DNA of 64,000 nt, from contig NC_042998.1 of assembly GCF_006345805.1 (NCBI RefSeq), positions 207,328,001 to 207,392,000 of the forward strand, written 5' to 3'. The position numbers and the translations under genes are program-made. Positions 24,911 through 37,992 of this stretch are shown here, in pieces. Origin of the DNA: Octopus sinensis (taxonomy: Eukaryota). The notes beneath the pieces were generated by a model. That model worked only from the letters and a program-made list of their open reading frames with translations, did not search any database and was not told the origin of the DNA. The number at the start of each line of letters is the position of its first letter. Position 1 is the stretch's first letter.

Positions 24911-25482
24911 GGCGGGGAGCGGGAAGAATCGCTACCGCGCAGGATAAAATGCTTAGCAGGCACCTGCCCTTCGCCCTAATGCTTGCAACAGAATGGACTC
25001 TGCCAAAGGCCTCCAACGTGGAAGATAGCGATTTTAGCAATTCAATGATTGTCTATATTGTAAAACCTGAAATTGTTTGAAATGGTATTCATTCATAGTT
25101 GTTTCGATGTTGCAGAAATGTCCTCCTTTGTTACGTAATGTACAAAAATCATTGATTGAGATATGACGTTTGGAATTATCATTTTCCGATTGACCATTTG
25201 TATAAATGATGACCATCAATGGAGCCGCTACTTGACCCTCACTCAGATAGTTTTGTAATGTTCGTGTGTGGCTCTTATTGCTATTAAGCATCACAAAAAA
25301 ATCACGCTTTATATCTTTACACCGATGATCCGTGTGGGATCTTTGTCGTTTATTATAATTGCATACCAACTGGTACTAGTTATTACCTGTTGTAACCTGT
25401 TCTAGTAACCTGTTACTACTTCCTGTAACACGTTGTTACCTGTTGTTGTTATCTGTTGATGTCTGTTTCAACCTGTTTTAAT

Positions 25483-26131
25483 TTTGTAGTAAAGATTGTT
25501 TGCCAACATAACATGGCAATCCTGGTTTAGGACGAATGTTGCTGTAATTTAGCGCCAGGGGACATCGTCTCCAGCTGGCTATACGACAGGATTTGTGTCC
25601 TTATATTTTCGAACAAGGGAATCTAGTACCACAACTCAGCTCAAAACAATATCTGTGTATCGCGATTTCTGGGTAAATCGCGATACACAGATATTGTTTT
25701 GAGCTGAGTTAGATTCCCTTTTTCCCTTGGGTGTTAGATTCCTTTATTCAAAAAAATACAAGGACACAGATCGTGTCGTATATATTTCTTTACTACCCAC
25801 AAGGGGCTAAACACACAGGGGACAAACAAGGCCAGACAAACGGATTAAGTCGATTATATCGAACCCCAGTGCGTAACTGGTACTTAATTTATCGACCCCG
25901 AAAGGATGAAAGGCAAAGTCGACCACGGCGGAATTTGAACTAGAACGTAACGGCAGACGAAGTACGGCTACGCATTTCGCCCGGTGTGCTAACATTTCCG
26001 ACAGCTCGCCGCCAGATCGTGTCGTATAGCCAGCTGGAGACGATGTCTCCTGGGGCTGAACTACAGCAACATTCGTCCTAAACCAGGACTGCCATGTTAT
26101 GTTGGCAAACAATCTTTACTACAAAGTACTG
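25483..26131. mobile_element. Fold-back/MITE-like palindromic element interrupted by a SINE
   Basis: tttgtagtaaagattgtttgccaacataacatggca..tgccatgttatgttggcaaacaatctttactacaaa arms; central perfect hairpin. Confidence 0.7.
25789..26012 (-). mobile_element. SINE family 2 with TSD cagatcgtgtcgtata
   Basis: TSD visible on both flanks. Confidence 0.85.
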
Positions 26132-26190
26132 TTGCTGAATATCTCTCGTGAAATTTTAAAAATATTAATTTTCTGTTCTAACTTGTTATA

Positions 26191-26749
26191 CAGGGTCAGG
26201 CAAAATGATCTGACACATTTGTAGGTTAAATAAAAGGCAAATGAAGTAAAGAAACAAAAAAGTGTTTTTATTTTTGAAAAGTATATATAATGCCATTTTG
26301 TTTCATTATGTTTTAAAAATTAAATCAGTCAAATGGGATCCATTATTGTCCACACACTGTCGAAGGCGTTCAAGAAAGTTGTCAATAACTCGGCGGGTCA
26401 TTTCATGTGGAATGGCAGTAATTTCTTGACAAATTGCATCTTTAAGTTGTTCAATAGATCAACTTAAGGTCGGCCGGTTGATTTTCGTTTCAATGCAGAT
26501 CCAGTAGCTCTGAAGTTGGTAACCCATAACAAGATCGTGTTTCGAGCTGGTACGGGATCATGTCTACCAAGATTGAAGTGCAAACGGAACGCTCCTTGTG
26601 TTGCAGTTACAGAATGGTTTGTTTTGATAAACGTTTCCACAATGAAAGCGCGATGCTCACCAGGCCAATTCATGGCAGCAACTGAAAAAGAAACGAAAAA
26701 CAATGCCTTTTATTTAACCTACAAATGTGTCAGATCATTTTGCCTGACC
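26191..26749 (-). mobile_element. Internally deleted Tc1/mariner-superfamily element (DUF4817-type HTH)
   Basis: TIR cagggtcaggcaaaatgatctgacacattt; MNWPGEHRAFIVETFIKTNHSVTATQGAFRLHF..TGRP fused to C-terminal EQLKDAICQEITAIPHEM..GSHLTDLIFKT*. Confidence 0.8.
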
Positions 26750-26759
26750 AAATTTTCTT

Positions 26760-27040
26760 CTTGCAGTTAGTCATCGTGACTAAGACTGCTTGTGGCTTTG
26801 ACATAACAAACTTTCTCCATTGCTTGAGTCTGCCATTTGTTATGACCAGTTTCTTTTCAATTCGAATTCGTTTTTGCAATATCTTCGAATCTCAGTCCAG
26901 GTTTTCCATGGTTTCTTTTACTCTTCGCATAGTTGGGAGACTCTGCTGTTGCCCACCCCATGTACGGGTCCCAACCAACGTAAATTTTTATCAACGAGGA
27001 TTTCTTCAATCCTGTTCCAACCTGTCATAACCGGTTGTAA
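26760..27040 (-). mobile_element. RTE-clade LINE C-terminal remnant
   Basis: IEEILVDKNLRWLGPVH..PGLRFED (cf. RLRWLGHV..RP.LRF.D). Confidence 0.45.
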
Positions 27041-27102
27041 CAATTAACTGCAATGAACGGTATCATATGCTGCTGTGAGATCAACAGCAGCAACAGCAGA
27101 GT

Positions 27103-27665
27103 GGAGGCGCAATGGCCCAGTGGTTAGGGCAGCGGAATCGCGGTCGTAAGAACGCAGTTTCGATTCCCAGACCGGGCATTTGAGCAAAGACACCTAAGCT
27201 CCATAGAGCTTCGGCGGGGGTAAGGGATGGTGAACCCCGCTGTACTCTTCCACCACAACTTTCTCTCACTCTTTTTTCCTACTTCTGCCACAAAACAAAG
27301 GCACCATGGTGTAAACCACTATGGTGTGGTAAACTTTCAGACCCTAGTCTAGATTGCGAATCCTCTGTACCCCAGGATGGTTCAGCTCTCCACTCATTAA
27401 AAGCAACCATTTACAGAATGAGGATAACAACGTAGCTTTCGCGCCCGTGCAACCGCCAGTCTATCGCGTGTGGTGGGTGGATCTTGAACTTGCCACACGC
27501 ATTCTTAGTAGCTTAGAGGAGGCTCGAATTAGAGATTATTCTTTGTGGCTAATGGCGTGAGTCCTGATTGGAAGAAGAAGAAGAAGAAGAAGAAGAAGAA
27601 GAAGAAGAAGAAGAAGAAGAAGAAGAAGAAGAAGAAGAAGAAGAAGAAGAAGAAAAGAAGAAGAA
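27103..27665 (+). mobile_element. tRNA-derived SINE family 3 head with distinct 3' tail ending (GAA)n
   Basis: ggaggcgcaatggcccagtggttagg head; TSD aacagcagag at 27092-27101 and 27666-27675. Confidence 0.75.
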
Positions 27666-27949
27666 AACAGCAGAGAAAAAAAATGTTTCTGTAACTTTTG
27701 GTAACAATTTGTTGACAGCGTTTTTTAATTTACATTTCATCCTTTGTTTTGTGAGAGTAATCAAACAAATAAACTTCATTAATTATAATTCTTCCCAAAT
27801 ATAACAATATTAGTCTTCATACACGGTTCCACATCAAAATTCTTGCCGAACAAACTCAAAATGGAAGGGCATGTTTTTTGTAACTTTTTTTTACCAAACA
27901 TAACAACCAATGCGATTCCACTTGCTAACCCTAATCTCATCTTTGCAAA

Positions 27950-28216
27950 GATGAATTATTCAAACCTCAAACCACATGGCTATGATGCTCCCCCACTACT
28001 TCTGCTTGTGATCAGAGATGCACATATTGTCAGCCACTAAGGGACATGCTCAACTGGTTAAAGTCAAACAACTGACAAGCAAATCTGTGGTATTGAGCAG
28101 AATATTTGCTGTAGCCCATCTTTTATACCAAGACAAAACAATGTACATGATAACACTTCCAATCAGTTAAGATCAGAAGTATGAGAGCCACTACCTGGTA
28201 CTGCATCAGGGCATTT
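27950..28216 (-). mobile_element. (TAA)n-associated retroposon, 5' part
   Basis: Ends gcatcagggcattt before (ATT)n. Confidence 0.75.
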
Positions 28217-28226
28217 ATTATTATTA

Positions 28227-28323
<97 letters not shown>

Positions 28324-28361
28324 TATTATTATTATTATTAATGTTATTAATGTTATTATTA

Positions 28362-28393
<32 letters not shown>

Positions 28394-28406
28394 TATTATT
28401 ATTATT

Positions 28407-28919
28407 GAGTGAGAGAGCAGTGCATGCCATCAAAGTGACACTGGGGTAAAATATACGAAGCCCAATATACCCATCATGACTACCTGTCTGATAAAGGTAC
28501 ACCAGGCACATGCATCACAACCATATGTGCGCGACATGGTGATCTCATATCAAGATAAACAGCACATGACCTTGCAGGTGGGGCCCAGTTAGAATTTTCT
28601 TCCGGTTGAGTAGCCCATCCCGCTCAAAAGGTCCCTGAATAAGGGTTGTTTAAGGATGTTGAAAGAACCACCCATGTTTCCAGAGGTGAATTATTCAAAC
28701 CGCAAAGAATCCCTCTCAACACATGGCTATGATGCTCCCCCACTACTTCTGCTCGTGATCAGAGATGCACATATCGTCAGCCACTAAGGGACATGCTCAA
28801 CTGGTTAAGGTCAAACAACTGACAAGCAAATCTGTGGTATTGAGCAGAATATTTGCTGTAGCCCATCTTTTATACCAAGACAAAACAATGTACATGATAA
28901 CACTTCCAATCAGTTAAGA
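28407..28919 (-). mobile_element. (TAA)n-associated retroposon, 5'-truncated
   Basis: Between (ATT)n arrays. Confidence 0.8.
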
Positions 28920-28920
28920 C

Positions 28921-28954
<34 letters not shown>

Positions 28955-29164
28955 GTTATTATTATTATCTTCATAAGCATCTTCTTTCAATTCTGTTTCC
29001 ATTTCTTGCCGAGTGTCTTTCTGACACCTAGGATAGAGAAATGCACGGTATACATTGGTAGACTATTAAAACAAGTACACCAGATTGTTCATTTTCGGAG
29101 TCATGTGATAGAGAAAAAAGGGGAATATCATTATTATTCCTTCGTAACACAGTGTAGGTAAAAA

Positions 29165-29553
29165 TGGAGGCGCAATGGCCCAGTGGTTAGGGCAGCGGAC
29201 TCGCGGTCGGAGGATCGCGGTTTCGATTCCCAGACCGGGCGTTGTGAGTGTTTATTGAGCGAAAACACCTAAAAAGCTCCACGAGGCTCCGGCAGGGGAT
29301 GGTGGTGATCCCTGCTGTACTCTTTCACCACAACTTTCTCTCACTCTTATTTCCTGTTTCTGTTGTACCTGTATTTCAAAGGGCCGGCCTTGTCACTCTC
29401 TGTGTCACGCTGAATATCCCCGAGAACTATGTTAAGGGTACACGTGTCTGTGGAGTGCTCAGCCACTTACACGTTAATTTCACGAGCAGGCTGTTCCGTT
29501 GATTCGGATTAACCGGAACCCTCATCGTCGTAACCGACGGAGTGCTTCCACCA
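29165..29553 (+). mobile_element. SINE family 3, full length, TSD aggtaaaaatg
   Basis: tRNA-like head with A/B boxes; TSD on both flanks. Confidence 0.8.
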
Positions 29554-29559
29554 CAGGTA

Positions 29560-29760
29560 AAAATGCACCGGAGTCTTTAGTCATCTGTCAAGCCACATCA
29601 AGGACCTCAGACAGATAATGTTTTCCGTGAGATGTGCGCTGTGCCCAATAAGGGCTGCTTTTTGCAAGACATCAATTGCGCTGATTAGGGTTCTTCTTCA
29701 TGACCGGAAAATATTCACCTTTGACCTCTTCTATTAATTTGTGTAAATCCCGAATGAAAC
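29560..29760 (-). mobile_element. R4-like LINE C-terminal fragment
   Basis: LQK.ALLGTAHISRKTLSV*-like reading with a frameshift. Confidence 0.5.
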
Positions 29761-29837
29761 TCGCGAGTGTTTGCGATAGACGACGAAGGCTGATACTACA
29801 CTTACAATTTTCTTCGAACGCCCTCATCTGATGACAA

Positions 29838-30235
29838 TGGCTGTGTGATAAGACGCTCGATTCCGATCCACATGGTTCCGGGTTCACTCCCACTGCGTGG
29901 CACCTTGGGCTACTGTCTTCTACTATATATTTCTTTACTACCCACAAGGGGCTAAACATAGAGGGGACAAACAAGGACATACAAACGGATTAAGTCGATT
30001 ACATCGACCCCAGTGCGAAACTGGTACTTTATTTATCGACCCCGAAAGGATGAAAGGCAAAGTCGACCTCGGCGGAATTTGAACTCAGAACGTAACGACA
30101 GACGAAATACCGCGAAGCATTTCGTCCGGCGTGCTAACGTTTCTGTCAGCTCGCCGCCCTGTCTTCTACTATAGCCTCGGGCCGACAAAAACCTGGTGAG
30201 TAGATTTGGTAGACGGAAACTGAAAGAAGCCCGTC
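29838..30235 (+). mobile_element. SINE family 1 head interrupted by a SINE family 2 copy (29928-30158, minus; TSD ctgtcttctactata)
   Basis: 15-bp TSD at 29913-29927 and 30159-30173. Confidence 0.8.
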
Positions 30236-30275
<40 letters not shown>

Positions 30276-30301
30276 CACACACACACACACACACACACGC
30301 G

Positions 30302-30365
<64 letters not shown>

Positions 30366-31514
30366 AGTTCAGCAAAATTTAGATTCAGATGAATATAGTA
30401 CTTAAGTTAAAGGCACCAGAATGTTGTATGGTTTTATCCATATAAATCAATATATATCAATATATATATATATATATAGTAGTATAGGCGTATAAAGGTT
30501 GAGTGTAGGTTCGTCCTTTAATTTTTGAGGTTTCCAAGAGAGTTTTCTAATGTTGGTTCTTCATATTTTACTGGTAGTTTACAGGCGTAAATTTGCAAAG
30601 ATATGAAAGTAATACTTGTATATGATGTGTTGTGAATTTATGGAAAGAAGTCCCATAAAATTAATCAATTTATTTAAAAATAGAGGAGAGAAATTGTTAA
30701 AATATATAAGAATTTTAATTAAACTTCTTACATATTTTAACAATTTATCTCCTCCATTTTTAAATAAATTGATTAATTTTATGGAACACCTTTCCATAAA
30801 TTAACAATACTTTATATATATGTGTGTGTGTGTGTGTATGTGTGTATGTGTGTGTGCGTGCGCGTGTTTGTGTGTCTGTGTTTGTCCCCCACCACTATTG
30901 CTTGACAACCGATGTTGGTGAGTTTACGTTCCCGTAACTTAACGGTTCGGCAATAGAAACCGATAGAATAAGTACCAGGCTTACAAAGAACAAGTGCCGG
31001 GATCGATTTGTTCAACTAAAGGCGGTGCTCCAGCTTGGCCTCAGTCAAATGACTGAAACAAATAAAAGAATAAAAATGAGTGTAGTTGATAAAATCTTTC
31101 TCATTCCCTGATAATTAATTATTTTATCGATCCAGAAGGTATGAAAGGTGAGTTCGATCCCAGCAGGTTCCAGAATCAAATACCGAAACCCATTTTGCCG
31201 GATGCTCTACCGATTCTGCTATTCCCTGCAACTTATTCGAATTAAATAATGAGGGTTTCTAATTTAGGTACCTGGCTTGAAAGGAAGGGCTTAATCAATA
31301 CTATTGATCTCCATATTTGACTGGTACTTGAGTGTATCGACCCCTGAAGGATGAAAGGCATAGGCGGCTTGAGCGGAATTTGAACGTAGAAAGTAAAGAG
31401 AGGGAACATATACCGTAAAGCATCTTACCCGACGCCCTAAAGATTTTTTCGATTCGTCACCCTTACTACCACCACCACCACCACCACCACCACCACCACC
31501 ACCACCAACCACCG

Positions 31515-31571
<57 letters not shown>

Positions 31572-31616
31572 ATAATAATAATAAATAATTATGGTCAAAA
31601 TTATGACCAAAATCTT

Positions 31617-32250
31617 GGACAAAACGGTGAAACCGTATGGCATATTACCAGCCAATGTACGCCACTAGCCCAGAAGGAATATAAGAGACGCCACGACAAT
31701 ATAGCAAAGCTTGTCCATTGGACACTTTGCAACAAGTATGGACTTGACAGAGCAAAAAATTGGTACGACCACAAACCTGAAGGCATCATCGAAAATGATA
31801 ATGCAAAGATCCTATGGGATTTTATGATTCAGTGCGACCATGAGATTGCGAATAGGAAGCCGGACATAGTCTTAATTGAGAAAGAAAATAAACTATGCTG
31901 GATCATAGACATAGCATGCCCAGCTGTCAACAAGGTATGCGATAAGGAAGAAAAAAAGTCGAGAGATATGACAGATTAGCTTGGGGAGTTAAGCAGTTGT
32001 GGTCGATGAAAAAGGTGGTACTGGTACCAATAATTGTCGTATCCCTGGGAACACGGAGCAAAAATCTCGATAAGTACATGGAACAAATAGGGGTTTCAAT
32101 AAGGGTGGAGCACTTGCAGAAAACAGCACTGGTTGGAACCGCTCGAATACTCCGGAAGGTGCTCGAAAAATAAGAGGTGTTACCTTAGTTCACTGGTAGT
32201 GAACAGCTGACACTGTAGTACATCTCCAGTGTTAAAAGCTGTGCAAAGGC
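31617..32250 (+). mobile_element. R4/Dong-like LINE 3' fragment (CCHC tail plus PD-(D/E)xK RLE), inserted in (TAA)n
   Basis: ETVWHITSQC..KRRHDNIAKLVHW..KILWDFMIQCDHEIANRKPDIVLIEK..IIDIACP..ARILRKVLEK* (one frameshift); ends gctgtgcaaaggc|(AAT)n. Confidence 0.85.
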
Positions 32251-32304
<54 letters not shown>

Positions 32305-32317
32305 GATGATGATGATG

Positions 32318-32413
<96 letters not shown>

Positions 32414-32874
32414 GTTCCTAATAAATCTACAAAAGCTATGAACCAGTGGCGAGGAAGGTGTTTATCAGTTATGGAAATCTCAGTACCTGATTGGTATTTT
32501 GTATTATCGATCACGAGAGGATGAAAGGCAAAGTTGATCTCGACAGATTTTGTACTCAGAACGTAAAGAGACGTAATTAAAAGAGGAAAACTAACAAAGC
32601 ATTGTGTCCGATGCTCCACCGATTGTGTCAACCCAGATATGGATGTGGTCAATAAAATTGCTTCAGTGGTCGAATTGTTGGACTGTAATCACTATGGAAA
32701 TTCATTAAACTATGTCTGATCATTTAAAATCAGTCACACAAATCAATATTCGGAAAATATAAAATTGTATTTTAGGAGCAGAGTTTGTCGAGTCCTCTTA
32801 TTAATGAAGTGATTTTTCCGGCCGGTTGGCCTAGATTCCCGTTACAAAGATTTCAATGATGTCCTCTTCTCAAA

Positions 32875-33266
32875 TCTATACATATAAAGCTGAAGTTGCC
32901 TGTGTGTGTGTGACAGGTTTGGTAGCCTTCAACTAACACTATCTCCTCCAAGACCCTGCGGTGCAAGTTGACCAAAATTGAGAGTATGTTAACACCAAAA
33001 ATTATTTACATCAAAAAGGTGCTTTTTTTCTATGAAAACCCCTATTTTTTTACGATTTTTTTTACTGCTGTCTCGCCATTTTTCGGTGTATTTCAACCAG
33101 AAAAATGTTCACTTAAAGAGAATAACAAGCTACATAATGCAAAATTTTTACTTTTCAAAAAAGATTGAAACTATGTCAAAACTTTGTTAACGCGACATCA
33201 AAGTCTGCCGTTTTAAGCGCAACTAAAAAACAAACAAATCCGAGCAACGCCGGGCTATACTGCTAG
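32875..33266 (+). mobile_element. Non-autonomous Helitron, subfamily B
   Basis: A|TC start; ccgagcaacgccggg hairpin; CTAG|T end. Confidence 0.85.
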
Positions 33267-34009
33267 TATTCTTATAGTTTGGTAAATTACGTTATCATAG
33301 ATGAGTGTTTGTTGTGTAGGAGTATGTTTTTCGTGAAGCGAACCAGGGATTGGGTTTCGATTCGGATCGACGCAATTGTTAAAAGATATTTTAACAAAAT
33401 ACCTCGACCTTTCCAGTAATCCTTCAAAAGATCTCATTCTTCCTGCCCACCCATGTACTGTAATAGGAGCCTACTGTATACCACGATAGACACTGTTGCA
33501 TGTTATAAGTTAGAACCAAATAAAGAACATGGACATTTTAAATGTTAATGTGACAGCGGGTTTCTATATAATTAATGGCGACAGTAGCCGTATTAATGCC
33601 AAAAGGTGATATTTATCGCCCACTCAACGCGGATGTTGTGTTAGAACAGACTATACTGCATTATTTACTACGAGGTAAATATTGACTCGTGGCGCATAGA
33701 AGCACTCGTGTTTACACGCACACACACACATATTAGCCAGTCTAAAGGTTACAAATCATTGGCGGAAGATCTTGTTGATTCAGTTAATTGTTGTACAAGA
33801 CTAGTATTTATTTTAACGACTAGAAAAGTGGCTAAAAACAAAGCCTGTTCTGGCGGGATTCGAACTCTGGATGCGAGCGGAAAGAAATAACTGATGAAAT
33901 CCTTTAAGTGTATGAAAGCATTGTAACGTTGCCCTCCACAGGACAACTCCATACCATAAAATATGTAGTTAGCATTGTATAATATATTCTTCGCGTTAAG
34001 TCTGATGTT

Positions 34010-34203
34010 GGGTGGAGGGGCAAACACAAACACATACATGCACGACAAACTTCTTTCAGTTTCCGTCTACCAAATCCACTCACAAGGCTTTGGTCGGCCT
34101 GAGGCTATAGTAAAAGACACTTGCCCAAGGTGCCACGCAATGGGACTGAACCCGGAACCATGTGGTTAGTAAGCATGCTACTTACCACACAGCCACTCCT
34201 GTG
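34010..34203 (-). mobile_element. SINE family 1 head
   Basis: Reverse-complement match. Confidence 0.75.
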
Positions 34204-34546
34204 CTCTGGTAATTCTTTGCTGGAAGATGATCCTGAACAGAAATAATAAACCCTCCGTTGTCCGGTTTGTGACCAAAGCACGTCACTCATTAAAGGGTGG
34301 AGGGTTCGATGTACACCAGGGTCACCGACTCTCGTCCTGTTATTTGTCATTCTGTGGTTTTTCCCTTCCATTTCTTCTTCGTGTATGTTTCCGCTATATT
34401 TTGTCACATCACACACATCATTGTTATCCTCATATTTTTTTAACGTCGGTATTTTTACATCCACGAACAGTAAAGCTACGCAGTGTTCTTTTTTATTTTA
34501 ATACTACAATCTGATGATAGATTCTTTTTATCTCCACTTTTATTTC

Positions 34547-34965
34547 GCAGGAGTGGCTGTGTGGTAAGTAGCTTGCTAACCAACCACATGGTTCCGGGTT
34601 CAGTCCCACTGCGTGGCATCTTGGGCAAGTGTCTTCTGCTATAGCTCCGGGCCGATCAATGCCTTGTGAGTGGATTTGGTAGATGGAAACTGAAAGAAGC
34701 CTGTCGTATATATGTATATATCTATATATATGTGTATGTGTGTGTGTGTGTATGTCTGTATTTGTCCCCCTAGCATTGCTTGACAACCGATGCTGGTGTG
34801 TTTAAGTCCCTGTCACTGAGCGGTTCGGCAAAAGAGACCGAAAGAATAAATACTGGGCTTACAAAGAATAAGTCCCGGGGTCGATTTGCTCGACTAAAGG
34901 CGGTGCTCCAGCATGGCCGCAGTCAAATGACTGAAACAAGTAAAAGAAAAAAAGAAAAAGAAAGA
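34547..34965 (+). mobile_element. SINE family 1, full length
   Basis: Match. Confidence 0.85.
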
Positions 34966-35317
34966 ATAATATGAAATACGCTTTAGTTGTCAGATAAATT
35001 CGTTCTTTTATTTCTGCGTGCCACACTTTCGTCATGTAACTGAAGAGGTAAAAATATTTCGAAACTCTAAAACGATAAACTAACTTTATAAAGGAAGAAA
35101 AGATACGCAAAAAAAGATCGTAAAGCACTACGATAAAAAATAGTTTCCTTGTTTATTCAAATTAAATTGGAAACGATTAAAAGGGGAAACGAACGAATTC
35201 ATCTGACAAACTGATATAACAAACGAACAAAACAATTACAAGTAAAAAAAAATAATAAATTAAAAATGACAAAACACAACGACTCATTAGAGATGGTTTG
35301 TTGATTTGCTTTTACAA

Positions 35318-35397
<80 letters not shown>

Positions 35398-35649
35398 TTT
35401 ATTGGGTAATTTGGTTTTGTGTACATAGAGAAAAATATCAAAGTTTATGGACAGCAGTGAGCAAAAGCGACGCTGCCTTTGTAACTCTGCAATTCCACGA
35501 GGTCTTGTAGAATTCTGATAGTATATTATTTATTCCTTTGAATGCGAAGGTTATTAAATCACTGCTTTATGAAATCATTGATTGGTTGGTGAGCCTTGCT
35601 TCCACACCGCAACATTGACATCCATAGTGGTAGGGTGCTGGAACACATA

Positions 35650-35743
35650 CATACATATATCTATAACTTATATATAAATGTATATATATATATGTATGTA
35701 TCTAGATACAAACATACATATATATATATACATACATACATAC

Positions 35744-35808
<65 letters not shown>

Positions 35809-35896
35809 CATATATATATACGCATATATTAAATTATATACATGTATACATAATATATATTTATGTGCTAAATTAATATCTATATATGTATCATAT

Positions 35897-35927
<31 letters not shown>

Positions 35928-36130
35928 GTATGTATATATATAATATATATATATGCATACATATATATTCATCTGTATATACAATATATACATGCGTGTA
36001 TATATGCATTTTCTATATTTAAGCATATGTACTATATATGATATACGCATACATGCTTACATACATATTTATATATATGTATGTATGCATATATATTATG
36101 TATGTGTATATATGTGTGTAATATATATCT
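35650..36130. repeat. (TA)n-rich compound microsatellite
   Basis: Direct reading. Confidence 0.9.
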
Positions 36131-36676
36131 GCGAGTGTGTGTGAGCCTATGTATGGATGTATGTGTATTGGGAAAAGAAGGCGGGTAGCAGATTCTATAG
36201 GTTTCTGGAATTTAGGCAGTTCCACGTCCACGCAAACCTCCTACAAACTCGTCCATTGAAATCACTCCATCACCTGAAATGAGAAAAAAGATACAGATAT
36301 ATTTTAATAGAAACATCATAATATTATACGTATATAGCGGATTACTTTTTATAGTCACCTGTTTTTCTACAACAGTTATAGTAGTTGAAATAATCGTTAT
36401 TTTAACGCTGCTTATTTTACACTCATTTACGAGCGTATATTGATAAAGCTGTCCCTTAACTTGTAAAGGATATCAATAAATATTATCTCTCGAGTTAAAA
36501 TGTACATCGTGTTAGCGCAAGTCTTGTACGGACATTAATGTACACATATACGTATGTTGAAGAGTGTGTCCTAATTACGGACCGCTATAAAAAAACGTTA
36601 CAGATTATTAAACAGAATTAAATATGTTAAACAGATTGGGAAGAATTGAAGATGAAATATCTTTTTATATAGTTTA

Positions 36677-36998
36677 GGAGTATCTGTGTGGTAAGTAGCT
36701 TGCTTACCAACCACATGGTTCTGGGTTCAGTCCCACTGGCACCTTCGGCAAGTGTCTTCTACTATAGCCTCGGACAAACACAGACACACAAACATCCACA
36801 CACACGCACACACACATATATATATACCTATATACGACGGGTTTCTTTCAGTTTCCGTCTAACAAATCCACTCACACGGCTTTGGTCGGCCCGAGGCTAT
36901 AGTTGAAGACACTTGCCCAAGGTGCCACGCAGTGGGACCGAACCCGGAACCATGTGGTTGGTAAGCAAGCTACTTACCACACAGCCACTCCTGCGCCT
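36677..36998. mobile_element. Two SINE family 1 heads in inverted orientation
   Basis: Plus-strand head 36677-36772; minus-strand head 36773-36998. Confidence 0.75.
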
Positions 36999-37607
36999 GG
37001 ATTAAAAAAACAAAAACAAATGTAAAAGCAATAACATTGATGATCGTAAATATGGAGAAACGGGTGGTGGATGAGATCTTTCATTTTATGACATACCCCA
37101 AGCTCAGAAAGTCTGATAGTGTACCATCTAAGTGACATGTCAGCTATCGCTGTCTGAGTAAATGATTTATTCGTTTCATTCAAATGTATTAATTATGTAC
37201 AAAATTATGCATTAAACACAGAATGATTATATGGTTGATAATGTTTGTAATTATTCCGTCAAAACAGCTGTAGGGCAAAACAAATGAAATTTTGAAATAT
37301 CATTGAGTTCTTTGTTTTCTATTCGAGATATTTTGCACTGAACAACCACTTTAACCATGTTTAACTATTTTAACTTATTCCCCCTAAGATTATTTATGCA
37401 TTGAAGACGCAAACGAACACATGTGTGCGTATGGATACACATTCCCACTTAAAAATCTCCGCCAATCTGCCAATTTGTTTATTCATACTTAAGAAGCAGT
37501 CCGATTATTATTTTTCTTAGCTTTGTGACAACCCTGACAAGTAGACAGATCAATAACCAAAGGCGCTCCAACCGTGACTTGCGACTGTTTGAGCAGCAGT
37601 GACTAGT

Positions 37608-37992
37608 GGAGGCGCAATGGCCCAATGGTTAGAGCAGCGGACTCGCGGTCGGAGGATCGTGGTTTCGATTCCCAGACCGGGCTTTGTGTGTGTTTATTGA
37701 GCGAAAACACCTAAAACTCCACGAGGTTCCGGCAGGGGGTGGTGGCGACCCCTGATGTGCTCTTTCGCCCCCAACTTTCTCTCACTCTTTCTTCCTGCTT
37801 CTTGTCCCCGACTTCCTACGCAACCGCTGAGCCTGGATGCGCATTCATCCATCCGTCGATGCTCTCGGTGTCGGGGGTTGACCTGCTTTCTCTTCTGCGG
37901 GTCTTACGAATAGCAAAGGACCACGTTTCGGACTTCTCCCACTACAGACATGGGACGAAGACCGCTTCGCTTAACAGCAACAGCAACAACAA
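37608..37992 (+). mobile_element. SINE family 3 head with a different 3' tail ending in (CAA)-rich repeat; TSD agcagcagtgacta
   Basis: TSD on both flanks. Confidence 0.75.

Noticed and set aside
25034-25369. 111-aa ORF and unique-looking sequence at 49850-50150
   Set aside because: No recognisable domain or splice support by eye
29165-29240. tRNA gene
   Set aside because: tRNA-like head continues into a SINE body with TSDs; no complete cloverleaf or terminator
35035-35075. CTGAAGA..GAAAC motif
   Set aside because: Stems I-III cannot be formed convincingly
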